Shown here piece by piece: positions 46,871 to 57,715 of a stretch of DNA of 64,000 nucleotides (position 1 is the stretch's first letter; each line of letters begins with the position of its first letter). The position numbers were made by a program, and so were the translations under genes. This stretch comes from Betaproteobacteria bacterium. GTDB lineage: Bacteria; Pseudomonadota; Gammaproteobacteria; Burkholderiales; Ga0077523. A model generated the notes under the pieces. It searched no databases. It saw only the letters and a list, made by a program, of their open reading frames with translations, and was not told the origin of the DNA. The stretch spans positions 360,192 to 424,191 of the forward strand of contig JADJPK010000008.1 of the NCBI GenBank assembly GCA_016713305.1. Reading direction: 5' to 3'.

Positions 46871-49270
46871 CTACTGCCTCTGCCACTGGGACGCGCCGCT
46901 GTCCATGGTGAGCTGCAGGATGTCCGTGCGCGCGCCCGACGGGGAATCCGGCTCGGCCGGGCGGATCCGGTAGGTACCCAGCGTCGTATGCCCCGACTGG
47001 TCGGTCATCAGCAGCCGTCCTGCCGTGGCCTGGATGCGGCCGTGAGTCAGCACGCGCCCCTCCGAACGGATGTCGTAGCTGCCTGCCGCCTCGATCTCCA
47101 GCGAGATGCGGCGCCGCTGGCCGCGGGGGTCGGCGATCTCCGTCACCCACGTTCCGGCGAGTGCGGCATCCAGGCCGGACCCGGGTTCGGGAATCGGCGC
47201 GGACGGTGTCGCGGATGGCGCCGAGGCGGCAGGTGCCGGCGGTGTCCTGGGAGACAGTGTGCGAGGCAGCGATGATGTCCCCTGCGTCGCGGCTTCCGGT
47301 GCGCGTACGGGTTGAGGCGGTGGAACTGCGACGGCTTCCTTCGGTGCGCCGGCCGCGGCCGTCGACGGCAAGGGACGGGGCACTGCCGTTGCAGGTGGGC
47401 CGGCGTCAGCCGCTCGCGGCAGCGCCGGGGGCCGAGCCGCCGGGACAGGTGGCAGGCTCGAAGCCTGGGCGGACTGCGCGGCGGACGCCTTCAGCGAGGC
47501 CAGGCTGACCGGAACCGACGCACCGGATACCGGCAGGACGGCCGTGTAGACGAGCGCATCGGACTCCGCCGGGTCGAGCCTGCCCATCAAGGCGGCATGA
47601 TCGCGCCGGAGCGCCGTGATCTCCGCCGATGCACCGCGCGGTTCGAGCCACTGCGCGAGCAGCGGCCGCAGACGCAGAATCAGACCCGAATCGGCGGCGG
47701 AACGCGGCAGCCCGGCGGCGGCCATACCATCGTCCATCGCCAGGCGGGCTTCTTCCAGGGCCAGCGCGGCCCTTGCGGACACGATGGCCTCCGCCGTCTG
47801 CCCCGCCGCCTGATGCGCCACGGCGCGATAGGCATCCAGTCGAGGTTCGTCCGGGACGTTCCGCTTCGCTTCGGTCAGCAATGCGAGGGCTTCGTCGATC
47901 CGGCCGCGCTCGATGCGGTCCCAGACGCGCTCGAGATCCCACGCCACTGTCGTGTGCAGGAGCCTGGCGGCCGCTGAGCGGGCGCGCAGCAGTGCGTCCT
48001 CCTGACCATGCGCGGCCAGCACGTCGATCAGCGCTCCATGCGCCTCCAGGGATCCCGGTTCCCGCTGCACTGCCTTCTGCAGGACGGCGAGCGCGTCCGC
48101 CGGACGGTTCCGGGACAGCCAGATCTCCGCCTGGAACACCTCGGCTTCCACGCGTCCCGCTCCCGCCTGCGCCGCTCGCTGAAAGAGCGTGGCGCTCTCT
48201 CGCCTCGAAGCGGCTGCCTTGTTCTCCAGCGTGTCGGCGAGATGAAGGTCTCGGCTGCCCGGCGCGGGACACGGTGCCGGAGACAATTCGCCCGGACGCG
48301 GTGCGCGTGCGGTGCCCGGCCGCGTCGCGGTGCAGACCGGCACCCGCAGCGAGCGCGCCTGCTGCGTCCAACGGGCGATGCGCTGCTGACGGATCCAGGC
48401 GAGCGCGCGGGCAGCCTCGGGCGAGTCGCCCGCGCCCTGGAGACGGCGGACGAACTGATCGGCAGGATCGTCCTGGCCCAGCCGGGACAGCGCCACGGCC
48501 TTGAGTGCCAGCGCCCGTACGTGTCTCGCATCGATCTTGAGCGCTTCGTCGGCGGCCGCGCGTGCGGCGAGGAGTTCCTCGTACTCCGCCGCCCAGGGAC
48601 GCCATGGCATCTGCGCGCCTGCCGGGGGCGGGGCTTCGCTTCGCTGCCGCACATTCGATTCCCGCACGAGAAATTCCGCGAGATCGACGTACCGCTCGAC
48701 GTTGGCGGGTTCCGCACGCGCGGCGGCCGCCAGCTGGCCCAGGCGGTCCTGGTACCACTCCTCGTAGCGCCGGTGGTGGCTCGCAGCGGAACGCAGCAGC
48801 GCGCCCCCGAGCGAGCGCAAGCGGTCTGCGGGCTCGCCGGCGGCGGCGGCCCGGTCCAGGTCCGCACGCCTTGCCTCGGGAGTCGCGGCTCCGTCGTCGC
48901 GGGCGGATTCGAGCGTGAGCAGTTCGCCGGCCTGCGCCGCCGCCTTGGGATCGAGGGCCTTGAGCGCTTCGAGATCGAGCTTCGCGCGGGTGAAGTCACC
49001 GGTGCGTGCCGCGGCGATCGCCCGGCCAGCATGCGCCTGCAGGAGCAGCGGATCCTGCACGAGCGCTTCGGTGAAGAGGCGGCGGGCGGTGGCGGGCCGG
49101 CCCAGCGCCAGCCAGCACTGCGCCCGGGCATTGAGCGAGACGGCGTCGGGCGTCGCGGCCGGGGCAGGCGCCGCCGCCAGGAGGCGTTCGCAGTCGCCGG
49201 CGGCGGCGATCGCGAAGGGTGACACGAGGCAGGTGAGGGCGGCGAACGCGAGCCGCGGAACGATGCGCAT
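46871..49270 (-). CDS. Secreted TPR-repeat protein with a Pro/Ala-rich linker and a C-terminal globular domain (hypothetical)
   Basis: 799-aa ORF with signal peptide MRIVPRLAFAALTCLVSPFAIAAA. Repeated A/L-rich helical TPR-like segments are followed by a ...PPVPAARPPALPRAADAGPPATAVPRPLP... linker and the terminal ...GTWVTEIADPRGQRRRISLEIEAAGSYDIRSEG... domain. It begins 6 nt after the lldD-like stop. Confidence 0.7.
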   Translation of the reverse strand: MRIVPRLAFAALTCLVSPFAIAAAGDCERLLAAAPAPAATPDAVSLNARAQCWLALGRPATARRLFTEALVQDPLLLQAHAGRAIAAARTGDFTRAKLDLEALKALDPKAAAQAGELLTLESARDDGAATPEARRADLDRAAAAGEPADRLRSLGGALLRSAASHHRRYEEWYQDRLGQLAAAARAEPANVERYVDLAEFLVRESNVRQRSEAPPPAGAQMPWRPWAAEYEELLAARAAADEALKIDARHVRALALKAVALSRLGQDDPADQFVRRLQGAGDSPEAARALAWIRQQRIARWTQQARSLRVPVCTATRPGTARAPRPGELSPAPCPAPGSRDLHLADTLENKAAASRRESATLFQRAAQAGAGRVEAEVFQAEIWLSRNRPADALAVLQKAVQREPGSLEAHGALIDVLAAHGQEDALLRARSAAARLLHTTVAWDLERVWDRIERGRIDEALALLTEAKRNVPDEPRLDAYRAVAHQAAGQTAEAIVSARAALALEEARLAMDDGMAAAGLPRSAADSGLILRLRPLLAQWLEPRGASAEITALRRDHAALMGRLDPAESDALVYTAVLPVSGASVPVSLASLKASAAQSAQASSLPPVPAARPPALPRAADAGPPATAVPRPLPSTAAAGAPKEAVAVPPPQPVRAPEAATQGTSSLPRTLSPRTPPAPAASAPSATPSAPIPEPGSGLDAALAGTWVTEIADPRGQRRRISLEIEAAGSYDIRSEGRVLTHGRIQATAGRLLMTDQSGHTTLGTYRIRPAEPDSPSGARTDILQLTMDSGASQWQRQ

Positions 49271-49276
49271 GACCGG

Positions 49277-50422
49277 CTACGTGGGGGCGAGGCAGCTCCG
49301 ATCCAGCTGGTCGACCCCGGTCCGGCCGAGCAGAGCCACGGCCAGATCGAATTCATGGCGCAGGATCGCCAGTGAACGGGCCACGCCGGGTTCGCCGCCC
49401 GCCGCCAGTCCGTAGAGCCATGCACGTCCGATCATGCAGGCGCGGGCGCCGAGACACAGCGCCTTCACGATGTCCGAACCGCGCCGCACGCCGCCGTCGA
49501 GGATCACTTCGGCCCGGTCGCCCACCGCATCCGCCACCTCCGGCAGCGCGCGGATGGAGGACATCGCTCCGTCGAGCTGACGGCCGCCGTGGTTCGAAAC
49601 GATGATGGCGTCGGCCCCGTGGTCGACCGCCGCGCGTGCATCCTCGCCCGTGAGAATTCCCTTTACCGCCACCGGTCCGCCCCACGCGTTCTTGAACCAC
49701 TCGAGGTCCTTGTAGCTCACGGAGGGATCGAACTGCCCGCCGATGAAGCGGGTGATCGTCATGGCCTCGCCGGTCGACAGGGCGCTGCCGGCGAAGTTGC
49801 CATAGGTGACCCTCGGGCCGAGTCCCACGTCCAGCAGCCAGCGCCAATGGAGCGCGAAATCGAGCAACGTGTCGAGCGAAAAGCGTGGCGGCACGGTGAA
49901 TCCGTTTCGCATGTCGCGCTCGCGCGGCCCCTGCACCTTGGTGTCCACGGTGAGGACCAGCGCCCTGCATCCGGCGGCCTTGGCGCGCTCGATGAACGTG
50001 CGGGTGAGCTCGCGATCGCGCAGGACGTAGAGCTGGAACCAGCGGGTGACGGAGGACGCCGCGGCGATGTCCTCGATGCTGCAGGTGGACATGCAGGACA
50101 GGCAGTAGGGCACGCCGGCAGCGGCTGCGGCCCGGGAGGCCGGAAGCTCGCCGCGGCGATGCGTGATGCCGGCCAGCCCGGTGGGCGCGAGCACCACGGG
50201 AAACGCGGCAGGCGCGCCGAGGATCGTCGTGGCCGTGGACCGTTCGGAGATGTCCGTCAGCATGCGGGGCCGGAACGCATATCGCGCGAAATCCGCGCTG
50301 TTCGCACGCAGCGTGATCTCGTCCTGGGCGCCGCCGTCGACGAACTCGAAGATGACCCGCGGCAGCCGCTTGCGGGCGGCCGAACGCAGATCGGCAATGT
50401 TGTACAGGCGTTGGAGATTCAA
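49277..50422 (-). CDS. FMN-dependent alpha-hydroxy acid dehydrogenase (L-lactate dehydrogenase/LldD-like)
   Basis: ...YNIADLRSAARKRLPRVIFEFVDGGAQDE.TLR.N...F... and ...VSNHGGRQLDGA.SSI.ALPEV..AV....EVILDGGVRRGSD..KAL.LGA.A..IGR are typical. No ATG precedes the conserved N-terminus, so the TTG at 50422 is proposed as the start. Confidence 0.85.
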   Translation of the reverse strand: MNLQRLYNIADLRSAARKRLPRVIFEFVDGGAQDEITLRANSADFARYAFRPRMLTDISERSTATTILGAPAAFPVVLAPTGLAGITHRRGELPASRAAAAAGVPYCLSCMSTCSIEDIAAASSVTRWFQLYVLRDRELTRTFIERAKAAGCRALVLTVDTKVQGPRERDMRNGFTVPPRFSLDTLLDFALHWRWLLDVGLGPRVTYGNFAGSALSTGEAMTITRFIGGQFDPSVSYKDLEWFKNAWGGPVAVKGILTGEDARAAVDHGADAIIVSNHGGRQLDGAMSSIRALPEVADAVGDRAEVILDGGVRRGSDIVKALCLGARACMIGRAWLYGLAAGGEPGVARSLAILRHEFDLAVALLGRTGVDQLDRSCLAPT

Positions 50423-50546
50423 GGCGCGAGTCCCCGGGCCCGGGTCCCCAGGGGAGCGCCGCGGCGCGGGCGGCCGGTTCTCGGGCAGGCGTCGACGTGG
50501 AGAGAAGCGGGTTTTCCCCCGGGACCAGGGACCAGGGTCTCGGGTC

Positions 50547-52073
50547 TCATCTGGCCCCCTGCGGCCGGTCCGCGCGTTCCACGGTGAGGGACGGGTCGTT
50601 GCGCGAGTCCGTCCGGGCGGTCGCGCCATGCCGAAGGGGATTCGCGCCCCAGACCGTGGGCAGATCGCGCTTGCGGGCGCGGGCGAGGTCCTCGAGGTGC
50701 CGCGAAGGCGCCATCTCCCACGCGAAATCCGTCAGCTTGCGCAGGAGTTCCTGCACGAGCTGAGGGTTGCGCTCGGCCGCGTTGTCTTCCTCCGCCGGGT
50801 CGTGCGGAATGTCGTAGAGCTCCGTTCTGGACGGCAGCGTGGAGTACACCACGAGCTTCCAGTCGCCGGAGCGGATCGAGGCGCGCAGATCCTCGACAGT
50901 GAGCGGCACGTCCTTGCGCGTGCCGAGCTTGCCCTCCTTGATCACGGGCCACTGGTCGATGCCGTCCAGCGGCTTGCGCTGATCCAGACCGGCCCCCGCC
51001 TGAGCCAGCAGCGTCGGATAGAGGTCGGTCACGTGGATGAGCGCGTTGGTCACTCCCGCCTCCAGCCCCCGGGGCCACTTGACCAGCGCCGGAACGCGCA
51101 CGCCGCCTTCGTAGACACTGCCGGCGCCGTCGCGGTAGGGGCCGTTGTCGGCGGCGGCCACGGCGAGGTCGCCGTCGCCCGTCGGAAACTTGTGCGCCAC
51201 GGCGCCGCCGTTGTCGCTGTGGAAGACCAGCAGCGTGTCCTCCAGCATTCCCTTCTTCTGGAGCGCCGCGAGGATCTGCCCGACGGCATCGTCCAGCGCG
51301 CTCACCATGCCTGCGTACGTCCGCCGGATCTCGTCCCCGATGTGCGCGTTGCGGTCGAGGAATTCGCGCGGCGCCTGCAGCGGAGCGGCCGGTGCGTTGA
51401 ACGACACGAACAGGAACAGCGGCTTGGACGGATCGTGGCCCGCGACGACGGACGCGGCTTCCTTGCCGATGAGAGCGGTGTCGTATCCGGTTTCCTTGAC
51501 CGGCTTGTCCTGGCGGTACCAGTCCGGCCCGTTGTCGCCGCGGCGGGTGAAGTGGTCGACGCCGCCGGCGAGCGTGCCGTAGAAGTGGTCGAAGCCCCGT
51601 CGAAGCGGCCAGAACCCGGGTTGGGCATGGCCCAGCTGCCACTTGCCGACGAAGGCGGTGCGATATCCCGATTCCTTCAGGGCCTGGGCCAGCGTCCGCT
51701 CTTCCACCGGCAGGCCGTACGTGCTCTGCGGGAGGATCGACTGGGTCTGCAGTCCGTAGCGGAAGGGATAGCGGCCCGTCATCACCGCCGCCCGGGTCTG
51801 GCTCGAATGGGGCTGGACATAGAACTGATTGAGGCGCACCGCGCCGTCGGCGATCCGGTCGATGTTCGGCGTGCGGATTTCCTTGCCGAGGTACCCGAGA
51901 TCCTGCCAGCCCAGATCGTCCGGCATGAGGTACACGATGTGCGGGCGCTGCGCTGCCTGTGCCGGCAGGAAGGGGCAGGCGGTGATGGCTGCAACGAGGG
52001 CGAAGACAAGTGCGTTCGCCGGCTTCCCGGCGATGCCGCCTCTGCGCCGGGCCGGGGAAGAAGCAATCGTCAT
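50547..52073 (-). CDS. Arylsulfatase-family (alkaline phosphatase superfamily) hydrolase with a non-canonical nucleophile motif
   Basis: 508 aa with a signal-like N-terminus. ...PHIVYLMPDDLGWQDLG... and ...FHSDNGG... are sulfatase family blocks. At the C/S-x-P-x-R position the sequence is S-S-Q-T-R (YVQPHSSQTRAAVMTGRYP). Confidence 0.85.
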   Translation of the reverse strand: MTIASSPARRRGGIAGKPANALVFALVAAITACPFLPAQAAQRPHIVYLMPDDLGWQDLGYLGKEIRTPNIDRIADGAVRLNQFYVQPHSSQTRAAVMTGRYPFRYGLQTQSILPQSTYGLPVEERTLAQALKESGYRTAFVGKWQLGHAQPGFWPLRRGFDHFYGTLAGGVDHFTRRGDNGPDWYRQDKPVKETGYDTALIGKEAASVVAGHDPSKPLFLFVSFNAPAAPLQAPREFLDRNAHIGDEIRRTYAGMVSALDDAVGQILAALQKKGMLEDTLLVFHSDNGGAVAHKFPTGDGDLAVAAADNGPYRDGAGSVYEGGVRVPALVKWPRGLEAGVTNALIHVTDLYPTLLAQAGAGLDQRKPLDGIDQWPVIKEGKLGTRKDVPLTVEDLRASIRSGDWKLVVYSTLPSRTELYDIPHDPAEEDNAAERNPQLVQELLRKLTDFAWEMAPSRHLEDLARARKRDLPTVWGANPLRHGATARTDSRNDPSLTVERADRPQGAR

Positions 52074-52272
52074 GGTCGCGGATGTTACACCGCGCTCCCC
52101 CCGCGACGCATCGCGCGGGAGCGCCTGTCCTCGACAATCGGGCCTTGTCCATGCCCGGACTTCCGAGACATTCCGGAGGGCGAAGGGCGGAGTGTTTCCT
52201 GTCCCTCGTCTGCGCGGCGGAACCCCCCGAACGGGACCGCGAAGGGCGGCGGCCCTGTGCTAGCATCGAACC

Positions 52273-53865
52273 ATGAGCGAGCGCACTGCCGGCATGGACG
52301 GAACACTCCAGCGAACACTCGAGGCCGTCGGTGCGCGGGTGCGGCTGCAGCACGCCATCGAGATCGGCCTGCTCGCTCTTTCGGCGCTCCTCGCCATCGG
52401 CACCGTCATGGTGGTACTGGGCGCCATCCTCTCCGGCACGCCGCTCGCCCGCTGGCCCCTGTACGGCGGCCTCTTCCTGATCGCGGGTGCACTCTTCCTG
52501 TTCGGACGCGCCGCCCTGCGCTCCGTCTCGCTCGAGGAAGCCGCGGGCATTGCAGACGACGCGGCGCAGTTGCGCGACGAGCTCAAGTCCACGCTGTGGT
52601 TCTCCCGGTCCGGGGAGAGCTCGCCCTGGGTCGCCGTCCTGCTGCAGCGATGCTCGGCCACCGTTCGCGGGCTGGATGCCGGCAAGCTCGTGCCGCTGCG
52701 GCTGCCGTCCACGGTCTGGGCGGTCGTCATCCTCGGCGTCGTGCTGGCCGCCGCCGTGATCCTGTCCCCGCATTTCGCATCGCATGCTTCCGATCGCCCC
52801 GAGTCCTCCTCAGCGGCGCAACCAGCGCGCCCGCCCGCGGCCCCCCCGCCTGGGCAGGCGGTCATAGAGGAGGCGCTCGCGTCGGCGGATGCCGCCGCCA
52901 GGGAGCGCCTGGAACGTACGCTGGCGGCGCTGCAGGATCCGCAGCGCAGCGCCGAGGAAAAGCGCAGGGCGGTGGAGGAGGCGCGGCAGATCGCCGGGCA
53001 GCGCGCGCTGGAAGCCGCCGCGAGCCGTGAGCAGATGCGCAGCCTGGCCGAAAGTCTGGAAGACCGGAAGGGGTTCGAGGAAGTGGCGCAGGCCCTGCGG
53101 TCGGGCGACGCGAAGGCCGCGGCCGAACTGTTGCGCCAGCGCATGCCGTCCCAGGATCCGGCGGAGGCCTCCGGCGGCGAAAAGGGCGGATCGGCCTCGG
53201 CCGCCGCGGCGCCGGATCAGGCGGCCATGGACCAGCTCAAGGAATCCATGGAATCGCTGTCGCGCAACGACGGTTCGCAGGCCGAGACGGAGGGCCGGCT
53301 GTCGAAGGCGGTGCAGAATCTGGAGGAGATCTCCCGCCGGCTCGATGCCGCGGCGGCGCTCAATCGCGCCGCGCGCAAGCTCGCCGCCGTGTCCACGGCC
53401 CTTGAAGCGCGAGACGACCCTGCGCGCGGCGCGTTTCGGACGCCAGCAGGGGCAAGGCAATCCCAGCGAGTCGGCCGAGACCGGCGATGCCGAAATGAAG
53501 GGCGGATCCATGTTCCGCCTCGGCGCCCTGGCCCAGGAGAAGCCCAAGGCGCCCGGCCAGGAGTCGAGCCGCTCGGGCGAGGCCTCGGGTCACGCGCCGG
53601 GCGATCCCGTGGTGGGCGACGAGGCCACCCGCATCCAGGCGAAATACAAGCGCGAGACGGTGAAGGGGCAGGAGGCCGACGGCAACGAAGGCACCGACTC
53701 GGCGTTCTACGCCGCGAGCCGCCAGGCGGACGCGCGCGTGGAGTACCAGGCAGTGGAGGGGCGCTACCGCCACGTGGGCGAGGAGGCGCTGAGCCCGGAG
53801 CGGATCGCGCTCCGGCATCGAAACCAGGTGAAGGGATTCTTCCCCGAGAACGCGGAGAACGCGAA

Positions 53866-53869
<4 letters not shown>
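52273..53869 (+). pseudogene. Membrane/coiled-coil protein preceding MoxR (DUF4175-like), frameshifted
   Basis: ATG at 52273. Three hydrophobic segments are followed by an Ala/Glu/Arg-rich coiled-coil region in the frame of ORF 52273... A protein-like C-terminus (LKRETTLRAARFGRQQGQGNPSES...AFYAASRQADARVEYQAVEGRYRHVGEEALSPERIALRHRNQVKGFFPENAENAK*) is in the frame of ORF 52889..53869. Its TGA (53867-53869) forms a GTGA overlap with the MoxR GTG at 53866. The shift is near the CCC run at 53399-53401. Confidence 0.65.
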
Positions 53870-54861
<992 letters not shown>

Positions 54862-55025
54862 AGAACCCGCAGCCGCGCATGCCTGGGAGAGCACACGCCC
54901 GCTGATCCGATGGGAAACCGCCGGGCGCCAGTCCGCGTCCGGCGGGGCCGCCCGGCCGTTGCGCCGTCCGGCCACCGACATTCCGCGAGCCGTTCCGATC
55001 CGCACCGAGTTCCCCTCACGTTCCG

Positions 55026-55919
55026 ATGCCCACCCGACACACTCTGTTCACCGAAGATTTCCTGCGCCGCCTGGAACATCTGAACGTCGTGACGCGCAAG
55101 CCTGCCGCGGGACACCTGCGCGGCTCCCACCGGTCGCGCCGGACCGGCACGGGCATGGTCTTCGCCGACTACCGCCAGTATTCGAGCGGCGACGACACCC
55201 GCAATCTGGACTGGGGCATCTACATGCGGCTCGACCGGCTCATCCTCCGGCTGTTCGAGGAGGAGGCCGACCTGCCGGTGTACGTGTTCATCGACTCCAG
55301 CGCCTCCATGGCGCACGGCACTCCGCGCAAGTTCGACTTCGCGCGGCAGATCGGCGCGGCGCTCGCGTACCTGGCCCTGCTCAACTACGACCGCGTGAGC
55401 GTCGTCGCGTGGGCCGACGGCATCGCAGCGGAGCTTCCGGCCCGCCGCGGCAAGACCCAGGTATGGCCCATGTTCCGCTTCCTCGAAGGCATCGAACCTT
55501 CGTCCGGCACGGACCTCAACAGCGCGGCCCGCGCGTACTTCGGCGCACGGCGCACCCGCGGGCTCGTGATCCCGATCAGCGATTTCCTGGAAGAAAGGCG
55601 GTCCTCGTTCGCGCCTTGCGTCCAGTGGCTGCGGCAGTTCCGGCACGAAGTCGTGGCGTTCCAGGTGCTGCCGCCCGAGGAGATGAATCCGGAACTGCCG
55701 GAGAACATCGTGCTGGTGGATGATGAGACCGGCGACAGCCTGCCGCTGGAGGTCACGCCCGAACTGATGCGGGACTATCGCGCGGCCCTGCACGCGCATT
55801 GCCAATCGATCGAGACGGAGTGCCGGCGCCAGGGCTGGTCGTACCTGCTGGCGCGCACCGATGCGCCGTTCGAGGATCTGATGCTCACGGCGCTGAGAAG
55901 AGAAGGCGTGCTGCGATGA
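55026..55919 (+). CDS. DUF58 domain protein (vWA-like, MoxR partner)
   Basis: ...GSHRSRRTGTGMVFADYRQYSSGDDTRNLDW....R.DRL.LR.FEEE..L.VY.FIDSSASM is the canonical DUF58 motif. Confidence 0.92.
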   Translation: MPTRHTLFTEDFLRRLEHLNVVTRKPAAGHLRGSHRSRRTGTGMVFADYRQYSSGDDTRNLDWGIYMRLDRLILRLFEEEADLPVYVFIDSSASMAHGTPRKFDFARQIGAALAYLALLNYDRVSVVAWADGIAAELPARRGKTQVWPMFRFLEGIEPSSGTDLNSAARAYFGARRTRGLVIPISDFLEERRSSFAPCVQWLRQFRHEVVAFQVLPPEEMNPELPENIVLVDDETGDSLPLEVTPELMRDYRAALHAHCQSIETECRRQGWSYLLARTDAPFEDLMLTALRREGVLR

Positions 55920-57715
55920 GCTTTGCCGGTCTGGCGCCCGCCGTCGCGTGGGTCCTGGCCGCGATGGCGGCCGCTGCGGTGGTCGGGCTGTACCTCTTGC
56001 GTCCCCCTCCGCAGCGCGTCGCCGTGCCGTCCCTCGTGCTGTGGCAACGCATCGCCGGCGTGCGCCGCCGCCTCGCGCAGCGCTGGCGGTGGTGGCTGTC
56101 GCTGCTGCTCGCGCTGGTCATCGCGACCCTGCTCGCACTGGCGGCGATGCGTCCCGAAGCGGCAGGCAGCAGCACGGGCGCCCGCGATCTGGTCGTCGTG
56201 GTGGACAACTCGATCACCATGAACGCCATGCGGTCCGACGGCAAGACCCGTTTCGAACATGCGGTCGCTGCGGCCCGGTCGGCCATCCGGAAGGCGCCGC
56301 CCGGCACGCGCTTTCTCGTGTCGGACACGCTGCGTCTGGCGTCCACCGGCGGCTTCGTGCAGAGCGAGGCCGCGTTGCGCCTGCTGGACTCGATGGAAGC
56401 GGGCAACGGGACGAAGGCCTGGTTTCCGGAGCTCGAACTGCTCCCCGAGGCCGCGCGGGAACGCGATGTCCTCTTCTTCACCGATGGCGTGACTGCGGTC
56501 GCCCATCCGGCCGCGGTCACCACGGTGTCCTCGTTCGAACGCGCGCCGAACCTCGGCATCACGGCATTCAATCTGCGGCCGCTGCCCACCGACGCGACGC
56601 GCTACGAAGCGTTCGTCGAGGTGGGCAATGCGGCGACGGTCGCCGTGGAGGCAACGGTCACCGTTTCCGGCCCCGGCCGCGATCCCAGATCGAAGCCCGT
56701 GCGCCTGCCGCCGCGCGGCTTCGCCACCGTATCGGTGCCCGTGGCCGACTTCGGCGGAGGCGCCCTGCAGGCCACGGTGGAAAGTGCCGACGACCGGCTC
56801 GCGCTGGACGACCGGGCCTACGCGTTCCTTCCCTTCAACCGCAGCATGCGGGTGGCGCTGGTCACCGCCGGCAATGCACCGCTGGAAGCGGCGTTGCGTC
56901 TCGATCCGCGCTTGCGGCTCACGGTGCTCTCGCCGTCGCAGTACGCGGCGAAGGGCGGATACGACGCGTACGTGTTCGACCGCTTCGCACCGGCCGCCGC
57001 TCCCCTGGCCCCCGTGCTCGCGTTCCGGCCGCCGCAGACGAAATGGCTGGCCGCGCACGGCGGCTCGCTCGCCGCGCCGGTGGCGGGTTCGTGGCTGGCC
57101 GATCATCCGGTACTGGACAACGTGTCGCTGGCCGACGTGCAGATCGACCGGGCGGTGGCGCTGCAAGGCGTCGATGCCCAGTCCGGCGTGCTGGCCCGGA
57201 CCCCCTCCGGACAGGCATTGGTGATCGCGTCGGACCGCGCCCCCCGGCGGCTGGCCGTCGGCTTCTCCGGCGAGGATTCCAACTTCGCGTCGCAGGCCTC
57301 CTTTCCGGTCTTTCTCGCCAACGCGATGCAGTGGCTCACCGAGGAAATCCCGCCGCACCACGAGCGGCTCGGCACGTTGCGGGTGCCTCTGGAAAAGGCG
57401 CGTGTGAGCGCGATGAACGCAGGCGCACTGCAGACGCGTGAACTGCCGGGTGCGACGGGTTTCACCGTGAGCGAGCCCGACTTTCTCACGGTGGAGTCTT
57501 CCGCCGGGCGCATGCGGGTGCTGGTCAACGTGCTGGACCCGGCCGTCACGGACATCAATGCCAGTGGGTTGTCTCCGGCGCCTGCGTCGTCCTCCACGGC
57601 CGAACCGCACGACGGGACGGCCGATGCGCTGCCGCTCGCCTGGTGGCTGCTGCTCGCTGCTGCGGCCGCCCTGGTCGCGGAATGGCTCACCTACCATCGG
57701 CGGGTGACCGTATGA
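55916..57715 (+). CDS. BatA-like membrane protein (aerotolerance-regulator N-terminal domain + VWA-like region)
   Basis: ATG at 55916 (ATGA overlap with the DUF58 stop). MSFAGLAPAVAWVLAAMAAAAVVGLYLLRPPPQRVAVPSLVLW is the BatA_N pattern. ...DLVVVVDNSITM... follows, with a C-terminal TM segment (LAWWLLLAAAAALVAEWLTY). Confidence 0.8.
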   Translation: MSFAGLAPAVAWVLAAMAAAAVVGLYLLRPPPQRVAVPSLVLWQRIAGVRRRLAQRWRWWLSLLLALVIATLLALAAMRPEAAGSSTGARDLVVVVDNSITMNAMRSDGKTRFEHAVAAARSAIRKAPPGTRFLVSDTLRLASTGGFVQSEAALRLLDSMEAGNGTKAWFPELELLPEAARERDVLFFTDGVTAVAHPAAVTTVSSFERAPNLGITAFNLRPLPTDATRYEAFVEVGNAATVAVEATVTVSGPGRDPRSKPVRLPPRGFATVSVPVADFGGGALQATVESADDRLALDDRAYAFLPFNRSMRVALVTAGNAPLEAALRLDPRLRLTVLSPSQYAAKGGYDAYVFDRFAPAAAPLAPVLAFRPPQTKWLAAHGGSLAAPVAGSWLADHPVLDNVSLADVQIDRAVALQGVDAQSGVLARTPSGQALVIASDRAPRRLAVGFSGEDSNFASQASFPVFLANAMQWLTEEIPPHHERLGTLRVPLEKARVSAMNAGALQTRELPGATGFTVSEPDFLTVESSAGRMRVLVNVLDPAVTDINASGLSPAPASSSTAEPHDGTADALPLAWWLLLAAAAALVAEWLTYHRRVTV

